A DNA stretch of 64,000 nucleotides from Octopus sinensis (Eukaryota). This document shows positions 12,608 to 26,169 of this stretch, one piece after another. The stretch spans positions 32,252,464 to 32,316,463 of the forward strand of contig NC_043011.1 of NCBI RefSeq assembly GCF_006345805.1, read 5' to 3'. How positions within the stretch are numbered: position 1 is the first letter of the stretch; each line of letters begins with the position of its first letter. The notes beneath the pieces were generated by a model. The model was not told the DNA's origin and did not search any database. It worked only from the letters and a program-made list of their open reading frames with translations. A program made the position numbers and the translations under genes.

Positions 12608-13174
12608 TTGGGTTGTCCGGAATGTTCGTGCCGATTTATAGCAGCTTACCTTTCGACTTATTTTAGAACATGGTTGAGTCTATAAAATAGGATTTGACTA
12701 CACCTCCATTTAGAGCACAATTTAAGCTATCTTTTTGTGGAAGAAAATTTATGTTCCTATAACCTATGTTAATTCTGTAACCCTTTAAAATGGAAGATAA
12801 GAAAGTTCATTTTCGGTACTTGATGCTTTGGGAACCCAGACAAAAATTGCTGCAGCTCGGCTGGGATGTGTTACCCCACCCTCCATATTCACCAGATATT
12901 TCTCCTTCGGATCTCCACTTATTCAGGTCTCTACAGAATAGTCTTAATGGTAAAAATTTCAATTCCTTGGATGATGTAAAAAGATACCTTGATGAATTCT
13001 TTGCCATGAAACTACCTCAATTCTTGGAAGAGGGTATTTTTAAGTAAAAGGAAAGATGGAGACGGATTGTGCAACAAAATGGTTCAGATTTGGTTCATTA
13101 AAAATATAATGGCAAGTGTTTATTGACCTTTTTCTTTCCTTTAAAAATCGGCACGAACTTTCCGGACAACCCAA
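12608..13174 (+). mobile_element. Mariner deletion derivative, copy 1
   Basis: TIR TTGGGTTGTCCGGAA..GTTCGTGCCGATTT at both ends, TA flanks; ORF fuses the N-terminal 15 aa to LPHPPYSPDISPSD. Confidence 0.9.
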
Positions 13175-14603
13175 TAAGTAGAAGTGAAGGAAAATGTTCC
13201 CTCTTTCTTGAACTTAAACACTACCCTTCCTGATCTTCTATGTTTATTCTCTCTCATATTCATTTTATATTCACCTATTGAGACGTCTCAATACAACCGT
13301 CTTTTCTTATGGGTAACCAGATAGCTTATCTACAGTAAGACACCTGTTTGTATCCTTCTATCATACTTCAACTTCTCGACACCTGATACAAAAACTCCGT
13401 CGTCAAAATTACGCAACAACACCCCAGCTCAGTTGATGGATTTCACTATGAAAATATCATCCAAATTACTCTGTAAAGTGACTGGCATTAAGAAGATATA
13501 TAGAAAACATGTTTAAGTAGACAGTGAAACTCAATGCAACCCTCTGGATTGTCAGATCCTGTTAACCTGCCAATCCTCGCCAGAATGGTATACGGATGTA
13601 TAAATGAGGTTGACAATTGTACACACTTACAAACACTCTTATGTATGTGTGTATGTATGTATAATACTTTAAATCTTATTTCACATGGTTATTTATATGC
13701 ATTTAGGAGTGTATATCTAAGTGTTTGTTGTTATATCCTATTCAGATGGATATTTCATTACAATTAAAATTGCTATCACTGCTACCATTATCACCACTAC
13801 CGCTGCCACAATTGCCACCGCAACCACCACCACCACCACCATCACTATCAACAACAGAGAAATGTAAAATAAGGTCGTACAGAAGATATACACATAATGA
13901 ACTTATTGTGTGCAGTGCTTAGGTGTACTATAAAGCAAATAAGTTGAGAAGTGATTTCATTATTAAAATCAATAACAGACTTCCTCCTCCTCCTCCTCCT
14001 CCTCCCCCACAAAAAGTAAAAAAAAAAAAATTATTAAAACTGCTCCTTCCATTCTCATCATGAGAGAATCATCTGTTGGTGAATAAATAAATAAATAAAT
14101 AAACTACAAATGAGCTATTCCTTGTTTGTTTCTTTTCTTTTTCAAAATACAGAAAGCAAATAAAGAACGGGAATAATTTTAAATTTTAAATAAATAACTG
14201 AATGAATGAATGAATAATTTAGGATTGCACATAAAGCTGAATTAAGCAATTGTAAATGTGTTTATTTGAGAAGAAATAATATGTTTACCAATGATTAAAA
14301 GGTGGGTGTCATTTTTTCTTTTTTCTAATGAGTGAGCTGTATTTAAAAATATCAGTTTGGCCAACAAATGCAAAACACTGAAATGATGATGATGATGATG
14401 ATGATTTCTTTTGTAATAATGAAACAATAAAGCCAGAGTTATTGTGTAACTACATGTGGCAAAAAAAAAAAAATGAAAATTTTTAAATAAAAATAAAATC
14501 AAACAAAATGTCATCTCACTGTTTTGTTGAAAGATAAGTATTTTTAGTGACAGTGTGAGTTTGAATTGCAACAATTTATATTATGAAGTTTTAATTAACT
14601 CAC

Positions 14604-14704
14604 AATGATTTCAGATATTCTTCTACGTCTTTGCCCAACTTTTGGCTACCTTTCATTCGTTTCCAGACAATGTCAAACCCAGTAGTACTTATGTACTCTT
14701 CAAT
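14604..14704 (-). CDS. PSTPIP: F-BAR (FCH) protein, PSTPIP/Cdc15-like, exon 2 (IEEYISTTGFDIVWKRMKGSQKLGKDVEEYLKS+TT)
   Basis: Acceptor gtttatttttttttgttttctattccag, 101-nt open exon, donor gtgagt. The peptide aligns by eye with PSTPIP1 [27 protein letters not shown] and PSTPIP2 STIGYDNIIQHLNNGRKNCKEFEDFLKER. Length and phases (0 to 2) match vertebrate PSTPIP1 exon 2 as I recall it. Confidence 0.85.
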
Positions 14705-14763
14705 CTGGAATAGAAAACAAAAAAAAATAAACATATGAAATATTGTAATGTATGAATTAAATA

Positions 14764-15015
14764 GTGGAGGCGCATGGCTTAGTGGTTAGGGTGTCAGCAT
14801 CATGATCGTAAGCTTGTGGTTTCAATTCCTGAACCGAGCAACATGTTGTGTTCTTGAGCAAAACACTTCATTTCATGTTGCTCCAGTCCACTCAGCTGGC
14901 AAAAATGAGTAATGCTGTGATGGACTGGCGCCCCATCCAGCTGGGGAACACATACGCCATAGAAACCGGGAAACCGGGCCCATTAGCCTGGCTAGGCTTT
15001 AAAAAGGCGCATTTA
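14764..15015 (+). mobile_element. tRNA-derived SINE family D
   Basis: GGCGCATGGCTTAGTGGTTAGG...GTTTCAATTCC head then GTGTTCTTGAGCAAAACAC...CAGTCCACTCAGCTG; deleted copy at 47778-47863(-). Confidence 0.75.
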
Positions 15016-16445
15016 TTATTTTTTTTTTATGTATTAAATAACATCAAAAGTAAACAAAAGTTTAAATATTTATAATTCGTTGATAGCGAGGTCTGGAGTG
15101 AAAAAAATATGTAGGTCTAATGGCTAAGATCAGGCTACATCTGATTAGGCGACTGCCTTGAATACCCGTCATCATGCATATTATAGAAAGTTCCAGATGT
15201 TTCTGAATAAATGAGGATTATATAAACAAAAGCACAGTTAAACACACCAGAGGTGCACATATGTGACACAGATAACATGACCCTACAAAAACATATTCCT
15301 TGGTTGCTACTTGACTCTGGGTTAAAGGAATCGTCAAATATGAAGAACAGAGTAGAAGACACTTGTCTAAGATGTCATGTAGTGGGACTGAACCTGAAAC
15401 CAAGTGGTTGCAAATCAAGCTTCTTAACCACACAGCCAGGCCTATAAGAGAAAAAGAAATGCTGGCCCACTTTTCCGTGTATAAAGCAATCATGCTGTGT
15501 CAACAGACACAATCCAAAGATTTTAAGGTATGTGACATGATACAGATCAAGGGGTGAATCCTTGGCAGCGAAGCTATGGACATGAGATTTAACAAAGCCT
15601 GGGTCAAAGAAAACCGGTGTGAAATTCAATTCCAAGAGGTCAAAGGAATAGAATTTCATTCACAAACATGGTGAGTGTAGTATAAAAGTTGTTTGTAAGA
15701 CGTGTCTGCAAAACACAAACTTTGTGCATCAGCGCAGAAAGGACAGCTTTGCCACATTTGCTTCGACACTGCATCAAAGACATGCTAGAATTGTAGATTC
15801 ACAGAAAATTGTGTCTGCTTTTTAAATAAAGCACTAATTTGGTTGATAAAGAAAACCGTATTAACAGTTACTATTTTTGCCATTTGTTACATTAACTCTT
15901 AAGTATTTAAACTGAGCATATCTGTCCCAAATATTCTACCTGCTTTATGTTCAGGGACAGGCATGGCTGTGTGGTAAGGAGCTTGCTTTCCAACTACATG
16001 CTCACAATTCTATGACTGAAACAAGTAAAAGACGAAAGATACATATGGAACCCCAGTGACGGCAACAAAAGGTCCATTGCCTGTTTGTGGTTTGAAGCCC
16101 TGCATCTGTGCCAAACTTGGATTATAGTGAGGGGAATGTGTCAGATGCTAGATACAGCAGCCAAATCTCCCTCAAATGATACCTTAGTGGTTTCACAAAG
16201 AAAAGGACACATCAGAAAGTGTAGTGTACTATAGTGTACCATAGTCCTAGATACACTGCGTTTGGAAAAAATATTGGCTGAAACAGTTAGGAGCATATGT
16301 CAGCTTGATCAGGGCAAAGCTGGAACTTAACGAAAAATTACATTATTAGTAAATGGGAGATCCTGTTAAAACATCCAATACACTCTAGCATGGAAAATGA
16401 GTGATAAAGAGACAACAATTATCATGATAATATGATGGCTATGCA

Positions 16446-17011
16446 TTGGGTTGTCCGGAATGTTCATGCCGATTTATAGTAGCTTACCTTTCAAATTATT
16501 TTAGAACATGGTTGAGTCCATAAAATAGGATTTGACTACACCTCCATTTAGAGCACAGTTTAAGCTATCTTTTCGTGGAAGAAGATTTATGTTCCTATAA
16601 CCTGTGTTAATTCTGTAACCCTTTAAAATGGAAGAAAAGAAAGTTCGTTTTTGGCACTTGATGCTTTGGGAACCAGACAAAAATTGCTGCAGCTCAGCTG
16701 GGATGTGTTACCCCACCCTCCATATTCACCAGATATTTCTCCTTGAGATTTCCACTTTTTCAGGTCTCTGCAGAATAGTCTTAATGGTAAAAATTTCAAT
16801 TCCTTGGATGACGTAAAAAGATACCTTGATGAATTCTTTACCATGAAACTACCTCAATTCTTGGAAGAGGGTATTTTCAAGTTAAAAGAAAGATGGAAAC
16901 GCATTGTGCAACAAATTGGTTCATATTTGGTTGATTAAAAATGTAATGGCAAGTATTTATTGACCTTTTTCTTTCCTTTAAAAATCGGCACAAACTTTCC
17001 GGACAACCCAA
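16446..17011 (+). mobile_element. Mariner deletion derivative, copy 2
   Basis: Same TIRs and same internal deletion breakpoint as 12608-13174; has a frameshift. Confidence 0.9.
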
Positions 17012-18178
17012 TATATGTGTGTGTGTGTGTACACACAGCAGGCTTCTTTCAGTTTCCATATATCAAATCCATTCACATAGCTTTGGTCAATGCAAAGCTA
17101 GAGTAGAAGACATTTTCCCAAGGTGCCATGCAGGGGGAATGACACATAACTATGTTGTTGCGAAGCAAACTTCTTATGACATAGATTGTAACCTAGAGTA
17201 ACTTCCCTGCTCACCATTTACAGTCAAACTGTACAACCCATGCCAGCATGGAAAGTGGACGTTAAATGACGATGATGATGAGGATATATATGCAAACACA
17301 TACACACACATATATATGGTTATAGGCATGGCTATTTTGTAAGAAGTTTGCTTCACAACCACATGGTTGTGAGTCAATCCCCCTGTGTGGTACCCTGGGA
17401 AAGTGCCTTCTACTATAGCCTCGGTCTGACCAAAGCATGTGAATGAATTTGGTAGATGGAAACTGAAAGAAACCTACTCTGTGTGTGTGTATGTCTGTGC
17501 ATACGTTTTTGTGTTTGTGTCTCTCCCATCTCCATTTGACAACAGGTGTTGGTGTTTGCAACTTAGCAAATGAGACTCATAAGATAAGTAACTTCAAAAA
17601 CAATACTGAGGTCAATTCATTTAACTGGAATTCCTTAAAGCAGTGACTCAGCATGGCTGCAGTCTAATGAATAAAAGTAGCAAAAGATAAGAGATATATG
17701 TGTACATGTGTGTGTGTGTGTGTGTGTGTTGCCCGTCATATGACGGGTAACTTTGGAAGTGTATTTTGGCTAACATATCAGAAAATATGGCACATGCACA
17801 ATAATTATGATTTAACTTTTTATTAAATTTCTTGGTGCTTATACAAATAATGAAATGAATCCTAATTCAACTGAAGAAAAAATGTTTAATGTGGTTGTGT
17901 GTCTTGGTAGAGGTATCACAAAATCTCCCTCAGACCACACCCTACTGTCATATAAAAGGAACACATTTGACAACGAAGTTGATAATTCTTTAGCTGAAAT
18001 TCTGGAAATCTCCAAAATCCAAAATTTTTTTCAAAGTAGTGAAACATCACAAATGGAAAATGCTTAAAAATTTTTCCAAATAGTCCCACTACGTGGTACC
18101 AAAGCCTTGTGAGTGGATTTGGTAGACAGAAACTGAAACAAGTCCATCATATGTATGTATGTGTGTGTGTGTGTGTAT

Positions 18179-18355
18179 AGGCGTAGGAGTGGCTGTGTGG
18201 TAAGTAGCTTGCTCACCAACCACATGGTTCTGGGTTCAGTCCCACTGCTTTGCACCTTGGGCAAGTGTCTTCTACTATAGCCTCAGGCCGACCAAAGCCT
18301 TGTGAGTGGATTTGGTAGACGAAAATTGAAGAAGCTCATCGTATATATGTATATA

Positions 18356-18418
<63 letters not shown>

Positions 18419-18645
18419 GTGTGTATATGTTTGTGTGTCTGTGTTTGTCCCCCCTCCAACATTGCTTGACAACCGATGCTGGTGTGTTTACGTCCCCGTA
18501 ACTTAGCGGTTCAGCAAAAGAGACCGATAGAATAAGTACTAGGCTTACAAAGAATAAGTCCTGGGGTCGATTTGCTCGACTAAAGGCAGTGCTCCAGCAT
18601 GGCCACAGTCAAATGACTGAAACAAGTAAAAGAGTAAAAAAAGAG
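18179..18645 (+). mobile_element. tRNA-derived CORE-type SINE (family A), full length
   Basis: tRNA-like head (TGGTAAG...GGTTCAGTCCC), CORE-like CCTTGGGCAAGTG, internal (TA)n(TG)n, tail TGACTGAAACAAGTAAAAGA. Confidence 0.85.
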
Positions 18646-18649
18646 TAAA

Positions 18650-18697
<48 letters not shown>

Positions 18698-19523
18698 TTG
18701 TGTCTGTGTTTGTCCCCCCACCATTGGTCGACAACTGATGTTGGTGTGTTTATGTCCCTGTAACTTAGTGGTTCGGCAAAAGAGGCCAAAAGAACAAGTA
18801 CTAGGCTTACAAATAATAAGTCCCGGGGGCGATTTGTTCGACTAAAGGCAGTGCTCCAGCATGGTCGCAGTCAAATTACTGAGACAGTAGAATAATAAAA
18901 GAATGATGCCAAAAAAATAGAAAAAGGTAGCATAAAATGAAATTGTTAAAAGAAAGCAAAAATGACATGTAGCTGTTTTTTTCTTGTGGTTGACAAAGTT
19001 AAGTGACAATGAAATTGGAGAATTTGTTTGAGGTGAAAAATGGAACTTCTACTAAGCAGAGCAAAAATGGATGAAAGCCAAATTGTATAAAACTACATCC
19101 GCAATATAAGCTATGTTAGGAAATATTAACAAATAACATTGTTTGACTTTGGTTAAATGCCCACGCTGACCCATTTTATAGATGTAAATACACAATAATA
19201 CTGAAAACAAGTTAAAAGAAAAAAGGGGGAAAAAATCCAAAATAAATTTCATATCAAAGCATTTTGGATAAATGATAATCAACTGTAAAAGCCTGTGTTA
19301 CGCTTTTGCTCAGAAGATTAAAAACAGAAACTCATGTGGCCATATATTGAATGCCTTACATTATAAATTGGCTTGAATGGAGCTGACCTCAGAACTGAAC
19401 AACTACAAAATGTTTTACAAGTTGCTTTACTTGACAATGATGATGATAACGATGCCAATGATAGATATTTATTTGTGTGTATATATATATATTTATAATA
19501 GGTGTAGGTGGTATATGAGTGGG

Positions 19524-19806
19524 TATATATTTATAAAAAAGAAGTTTGAAAACGCCACTATATAAAATAAATTTTAATTTTCTTAGAAATTTTACATGTT
19601 TCGGTTCTTCTTGAAAAAAAGGAACCTTATCAAAAATATTTTTAAGTAAGAAACCATTATGAACTTTTTTATTACACTTAACTTTTAAAAATAATTTTGA
19701 TAAGGTTCGTTTTTCCAAGAAGAACCAAAGCATGTAAAATTTCTAAGAAAATTAAAATTTATTTTATATAGTGGCATTTTCAAACTTCTTTTTTATAAAT
19801 ATATAT
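19524..19806. repeat. Long palindrome / foldback (~120-bp arms, 39-nt spacer)
   Basis: 19524-19645 vs 19685-19806 are reverse complements with a few substitutions. Confidence 0.85.
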
Positions 19807-20793
19807 ATATATGATTATATATATATATATACATACAAGGGAGTGCTGGAAACTTCCTAGATTTGAGGGTAATGCAAAAGGCTTGGTTGGTCCAACCTTC
19901 TTAGTTCCTTTACAGGGCTTAGAGAAACTGAAGGGCCACTGCAATAAGTGAGTGAAGCTGAGAGGGGAATACATTGAATAAAATCATAATTCACTTATCC
20001 TAATGCATTTTCTTTTACCCAAACCCAGGAACTTTCCAGCACCCCCTCATGTGCACCCATGCTGGTGGCATGTAAAGAATATCTTTTGAGCATTGGGCTT
20101 CACAGAGGCAAAGTGGGCTAAGTTCCCTGTGGATGTGAAGTGATGATGATGATGATGATGATGGATATATGAGGAGGTGATGTAGAAATCATGCCAAAAC
20201 AGACATGAAGTCTGGGCAACTCTTCTGCTGGCCGATTCTTGTCAAACTGTCCAACCCATGCTAGCATGGAAAACAGACGTTAAATGATGACGATACCTCA
20301 GATCAGTGATTGCAATTTGTTCTGAGGTTATGTGTGTGAGTTTGTGTGTGTGCGTGTGTGATTGCCTACGCGGGGGTGGTGGTTTATATGTGTTTTATGC
20401 CCTTTGGATCAGATATGTATTTATTTCTAATTGCCCCTAACTTATTTATGGTTTACTAACTTCCTGCTATACACCACTTGACTTGCTTTGATCAATTTAC
20501 TAGCTTCTTTTTTTCTTTTTTTTTTCTCTTTCCCCCCATCCTCTTTCTCCCCTTTTTGTCTCTTTCTGTCTGTCTCTCTCTCTCTCTCTCACACACATTT
20601 TGATTTTGAAAGAGGTGTGGCATCACTCAGACTACCTTGACATGATTTTCTCAGCCAGTTATAGGACCTGCAAAGTATGATCATTTGCATAACGGTGGAT
20701 TTTAAACTTATATTGTTATATTCATGGCAGGACACCAATGAGGTGGAATGCATGATTGTATAAAAGGATTTTTTCAGTGTTTTGAGGAAATAT

Positions 20794-20855
<62 letters not shown>

Positions 20856-21480
20856 ATTGTTGTTGTTGGCATCCTTTTTGTCTCGGGAGACAATGGAGTT
20901 GCGCATAAAGTAGTCTAGACAGGTTTTTACATTTCATGTCCTGATACATTTCCTGCTGTGGCTGTGTAGTCCTATCCTGGACAAACACTCCCTCTGGCAG
21001 GTACCGCAAATGTAGCGAAGACTGTTCCTGGCTGGTTGTAATGCCATAGTTTCTTGTTGACGTCTCTTCTTTTCTTTCCATTTCTCCTCTCTCTCTCTGT
21101 CACTCCTTTGTATTCCCTCTTTTACGGTATGTCGCCATTCTCCACGGTTGCCGGCAACTGCCTCCCAACAGCTAATATTGATGTTGCAGGCCTTCATGTT
21201 CCTTTTGCAAATATCCTTGTAACGTAAGATCGGTCTACCCACAGACCTAGTACCCCTAGCAAGCTCTCCGTAGAGTATGTCCTTGGGGATTCTGCCATCT
21301 TTCATATGGCTAACATGCCCAAGCCATCTCATACATCTTTGTGTGAGGAGTGCAAACATGCTTGGTATTCCTGCTTGCCTGAGGACATCTTTATTGGGGA
21401 TATGATTCTGCCATTTGATGCGGAGGATTTTTCGGAGGCAGTGCAGGTGAAAGATGTTTAGGCGACGCTCTTTGTCCTAT
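20856..21480 (-). mobile_element. RTE (BovB-like) LINE 3' fragment
   Basis: ORF 20934-21359: RWLGHVSHMKDGRIPKDILYGEL...CGTCQRECLSRIGLHSHSRKC; tail GTCTCCCGAGACAAAAAGGATGCC(AAC)n. Confidence 0.9.
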
Positions 21481-23825
21481 ATAGCTTTGTATACTACACC
21501 ACACACACACACATACATATACAAAATTATGGAATGGAGTAGATACAATCCAGACTACATGTTTCATAGTTAACAGTAGTAATTAACCAAATGAGGAATA
21601 GACCACAGGCTACTCTTCAGGCCAAAGATACCTTGATTACATGAACTTTACATTCTCGTTAGGATAGCCCATGTTAATTTGCAGGGGATTCAATCAAATA
21701 ATTACTACTTCTGAGATTCCACTAGCTATGAAATATATGTAGCGTGGATTTTATCTATGCCTTTCCCAAATTTTAGATGTTTATTCACATATACAGCAAC
21801 CCCAGTTGCCAACCACGAACTGTAAAATAACCTTTTTTCTGCTTTTCGTATTCCAATATGGGAAAAGTACACAACTTTCTGCACCAATAAACCACTGTTG
21901 TTCCTGAAAGTTGCTTTTCATACCTTCTACAGACAGTTTGAAGCTTACTAACTTCCTACACCTTGATCCTTGGAACTTACCTTTACGTATTTATATATAT
22001 ATATTATATAAAATTTGTTCTGTCTGTTTGTGTGTGTGTCTTCTAGGACCTTGGGCATCCTCCATCCGATTATGCTCAAATTTGATAAGTAGATACCAAC
22101 GGTATCAGGGCGTGTATAAGTCTTGAAAAAATTACAAAAATCGATTCCAGGTGAGAATGCAATCGATAAAGCCGTGGGAACGTGCATTTGTAAAATTGTT
22201 TTTCTTGGAATAGAAAAAAAAGTCTATCTTTATTTCTTCTTTTGCTGGTGTGTCAAATTTAGGTTAAATCAGTGTTTCTCAAAGGGGAGGCCTATGGGAT
22301 GGTCGGACAAGTTGTTTTGAGAAAATCTGGTTTAAATTTTTGACAACTCAGCATCGTCTATTGGAGGGGGCGTTTTGCTCATATATATACATACACATAC
22401 ATGTGTGCATGTAAGAATTTATGTACATGTACATAAATGTATGCTTTAATAAATGTATAATTATATATATTTTCATACATTAATGTATCTCACTCACAGA
22501 GGTAGGGTGGCTCTGAAAGGGGTCTCAGGGAGTAGCATCCCTGCCTTCCTGAGCTAGCTTTCCACAACATTTCTTAAAAATCGTGGTAGTGGCCTTGGTC
22601 TCAGGACCACTCATGTCTAGAAACTGCGGTTGGAGGTAAGCAAGGGCATGCTCCCTGTAGAAAATCCACTTCCAAAAAGGCCTCATGATAGCAAAGGAGA
22701 ATGGGCACTAGCTAGCCCGAAAGTTGGGGTGGGCTGCACCTGCTTACCTTGGTTGCTATGGCATTGAGGTAGTTCTGGCCACCCCCGTTGACAAGGACAA
22801 AACCCAGATTTAAAACACTGGATGAGGATGATGAATGTATCTTACTCACTCTCCCCATATATGTGTGTATACACACACACAGAGTTAAGGGCATCCAGCC
22901 ACAAAAAAAAAAAACATCACAAAAGAGGCATTGGAGTTCAACACAGTTCTTTGAATTATCAGATCCCATCAAACCACTTCAACCCATGCTAGCATGGAAT
23001 ATGGATGCAACATGATGATGATGATGACGACACACACACACATACACTAGCAGTTGTACACCACCTTGCCTGGTTTAATACTTAAAATAAACATAGTCAC
23101 ATGATTTCGCTACATTTGGGATAAACCACTTTACAAAGTTGCTGACAATCTTCTGTTGTTCCAAGAACGATGTTGATTCACTCACAAGTATTGTGATCCA
23201 AGAATTCCAAAATCCTGTTTTAATTCAAGCTTCATAAATACGTATAAAAATAAAATACAAACAAGAAATGGAACCAACAATACTTGAGTACTGGTGTACT
23301 CTTGCATTACTTTTTATTCTAACCAAAAATATGCCTCTTTTGTGTGTTTCTCTTTTACTGTTGATGAATACAAGACTAATGCACATAATTCTTCTGAACA
23401 GATTATTTTGCTTATCAGTAACTTTTACCAATGCCTTTGAATTTTCAGTATTCTTAGTTTTTTTTCAGGCTGTAGCTAAAAAGGATAAAGTTCAGAGAAA
23501 GTAGTGTAACCTATGACCTTTTCTTATAAAAGATATGTTCCATATGGGGTATTATGCCGAATTCCAGCTACTGAGATACAAAACCTGTAGTCTATAGCTT
23601 AGTACATTCATACATACATACACACACACATATATATATGTATATGTATATATATATACATATATAGGACAGACAAGGGGATTAAGTCGATTACATTGAC
23701 CCCAGTGATTAACTGGTACTTATTTAATCGACCTTGAAAGGATGAAAGGCAAAGTTGACCTTGGTGGAATTTGAACTCAGAACGTAATGGCAGATGTGCT
23801 AACATTTCTGCCAGCTTGCTGCCTT

Positions 23826-23870
<45 letters not shown>

Positions 23871-23962
23871 ATATATCTACACACACATACATACATTTTA
23901 ATACTACATTTTTTGATCCAAGAGGAGGACGAGATCCAATTCTATATCAACATCTATTTTGA

Positions 23963-24115
<153 letters not shown>

Positions 24116-24168
24116 TGAGCACACCATATATTCACAGTTGGTATAGATGTAGATACACGAGCATACTA

Positions 24169-24200
<32 letters not shown>

Positions 24201-24261
24201 ATACATACATATATATATATATATACATACATATATACATACATATATACATACATACATA

Positions 24262-24305
<44 letters not shown>

Positions 24306-24442
24306 CATACATATATTTATACATACACACACACATATATATATATACATACATATATATACACACACATATATATATATATATACATACATATATGTAT
24401 ATACATACACACATACATATGTATATACATACACACACACAC

Positions 24443-24511
<69 letters not shown>

Positions 24512-24766
24512 CATCATCATCGTCATCATTTAATGCCTACTGTCCATGCTGGCATGGGTTGGACGGCTTGACTGAGGGCTGGCAAGCCAGAAGTCTGCTA
24601 TTGAGAGAAATGGTGACTATGTTGAGAAGTAGGGGTGTGATCCACAGAGGACCAGCTTCATTTTGATGTATGATACATGTTCCTGTGTTGGTAATTAAAC
24701 CTGTCCTAAACAAAATGGCATTACTTTTTGACTCACCCTCACACACACACACACACATATATATAT

Positions 24767-25809
24767 CGTTTTCTTCGTCTGCCGTAAAGGCATTATTTTC
24801 CAAATACGCCAGCTAAGCTAAGTTCAACTGTGTAAAGTTGTAAGACACCGGCTATTTTTGTCCTGTCGTTACTATTATTGTTTTTTGTATTTATATTCGT
24901 GTGGCATCGTCCGTTTTTCTGTCCTTGTTTCGTATACATTCGATCCTTTTTCCAAGAAATCTAATGCTCGTAGCTTAGTTTTTCCTTGGGGCTGGCCGGA
25001 TCGGAGCGATCTCAAGATTAATCAGCCGAAATTGCAAGGATGATCCGGTTCTTGACTGAAGATTAGAGGCTTCGAATGACCCGTCCGTTTTTGTGTCGTC
25101 TATTTGAGTGTTTTGCGTTCTTGTCCCATTTTGTATTTTTTTATATATATTTTTTATACATATATATATATATTCATAAATGAGGGTGAAAAATTAGATA
25201 TTAATTTAATAATACCATCAGTTTAACACCAAGTGGCTTAGCACATAAAAACCAGGGAGACAATACAAATATACATAAACATAAGAGAGTTACCACTAAG
25301 TGGTTAACTCTAGTGCTAAAAATAACTCCTTATTCTGGTATAGCCACCGAAGTTGTTTCCACCAAGAGATAACATTACCTTCAACGTAAGGAAAGTGAAA
25401 TACAACGAAAAGATAGATTAATGCTGAACAATTGTTTCTTTATTAATATAATATGCAATTATACTCACATATTTATCTATAAATCATCAGCAGCATTCGT
25501 CTTTGATACAATTTATTAGACCCTCATGAGCGTCAAATACCCATGCAGTCCAATCGATTGCATACATAGTTGTGATTCAGGTTCCCCGCCAAAAGCATGG
25601 TAAGACTTAGTGGAAACGAATACTGCATATAATATTTACTGCAGTATCATTAAATTTATAAATTCATAAATGAGAGTGAAAAATTAGATATTAATTTAAT
25701 AATACCATCAGTTTAACACTATCTTTTCATTGTATTTCATTTTCCTTACGTTGAAGGTAATGTTATCTCTTGGTGGAAACAACTTTGGTGGCTATACCAG
25801 AATAAGGAG
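24767..25809. mobile_element. Penelope-like/retrozyme-type repeat cluster
   Basis: 57-nt direct repeat (25173-25229, 25663-25719), 91-nt inverted copy (25326-25416 vs 25719-25809) and an internal hammerhead. 24900-25140 is a second repeat with a homologue at 42360-42600. Confidence 0.6.
25420..25497 (-). ncRNA. Type I hammerhead ribozyme motif, intact core
   Basis: AATGCTG CTGATGA TTTAT-(35 nt)-ATAAA GAAA C AATT G TT CAGCATT: perfect 7-bp stem I, all core nucleotides present, palindromic stem III ACAATTGT, GUU triplet. Confidence 0.7.
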
Positions 25810-26169
25810 CTACATATATATGTGTATATATATGAAGCAATGCTATAAAGTTTCTGGCTTTAAAGATATTGAGAGGCCGAACTTTTGAGTTCTTTTACAG
25901 AGTTTAGAAAAACTGAAGGACTACTGCAATAAGTTTGTCAATCTTGGAGGGGAACATGTTAAATAAATCATAATTGAATGATCCTCCTGTATTTTCTCTT
26001 ATGCAAAGCCAGGAACTTTTCAGCACCCCTTCGTGTGTGTGTGTATGTGTGCATCTGCATGTGTGTGTGTGTATATATATGTATATATATACATGAGAGT
26101 GTGTTGGAAAGTTCCTGGCTTTATGGATATTCTATGTACGTACGTACATCTACATGTATATATACATGC

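Noticed and set aside
14764-14835. tRNA-like sequences (also the heads of SINE A/B copies)
   Set aside because: They run directly into SINE bodies and lack a complete cloverleaf and a clean acceptor stem; not tRNA genes.
15480-15800. Cys-rich stretch suggesting a piggyBac C-terminal domain
   Set aside because: Too decayed to read a consistent frame; not supportable without a search.
25040-25090. CTGAAGA...CGAAT hammerhead-like string (homologue at ~42505-42540)
   Set aside because: GAAA is not intact and I found no pairable stem I or III in either copy.
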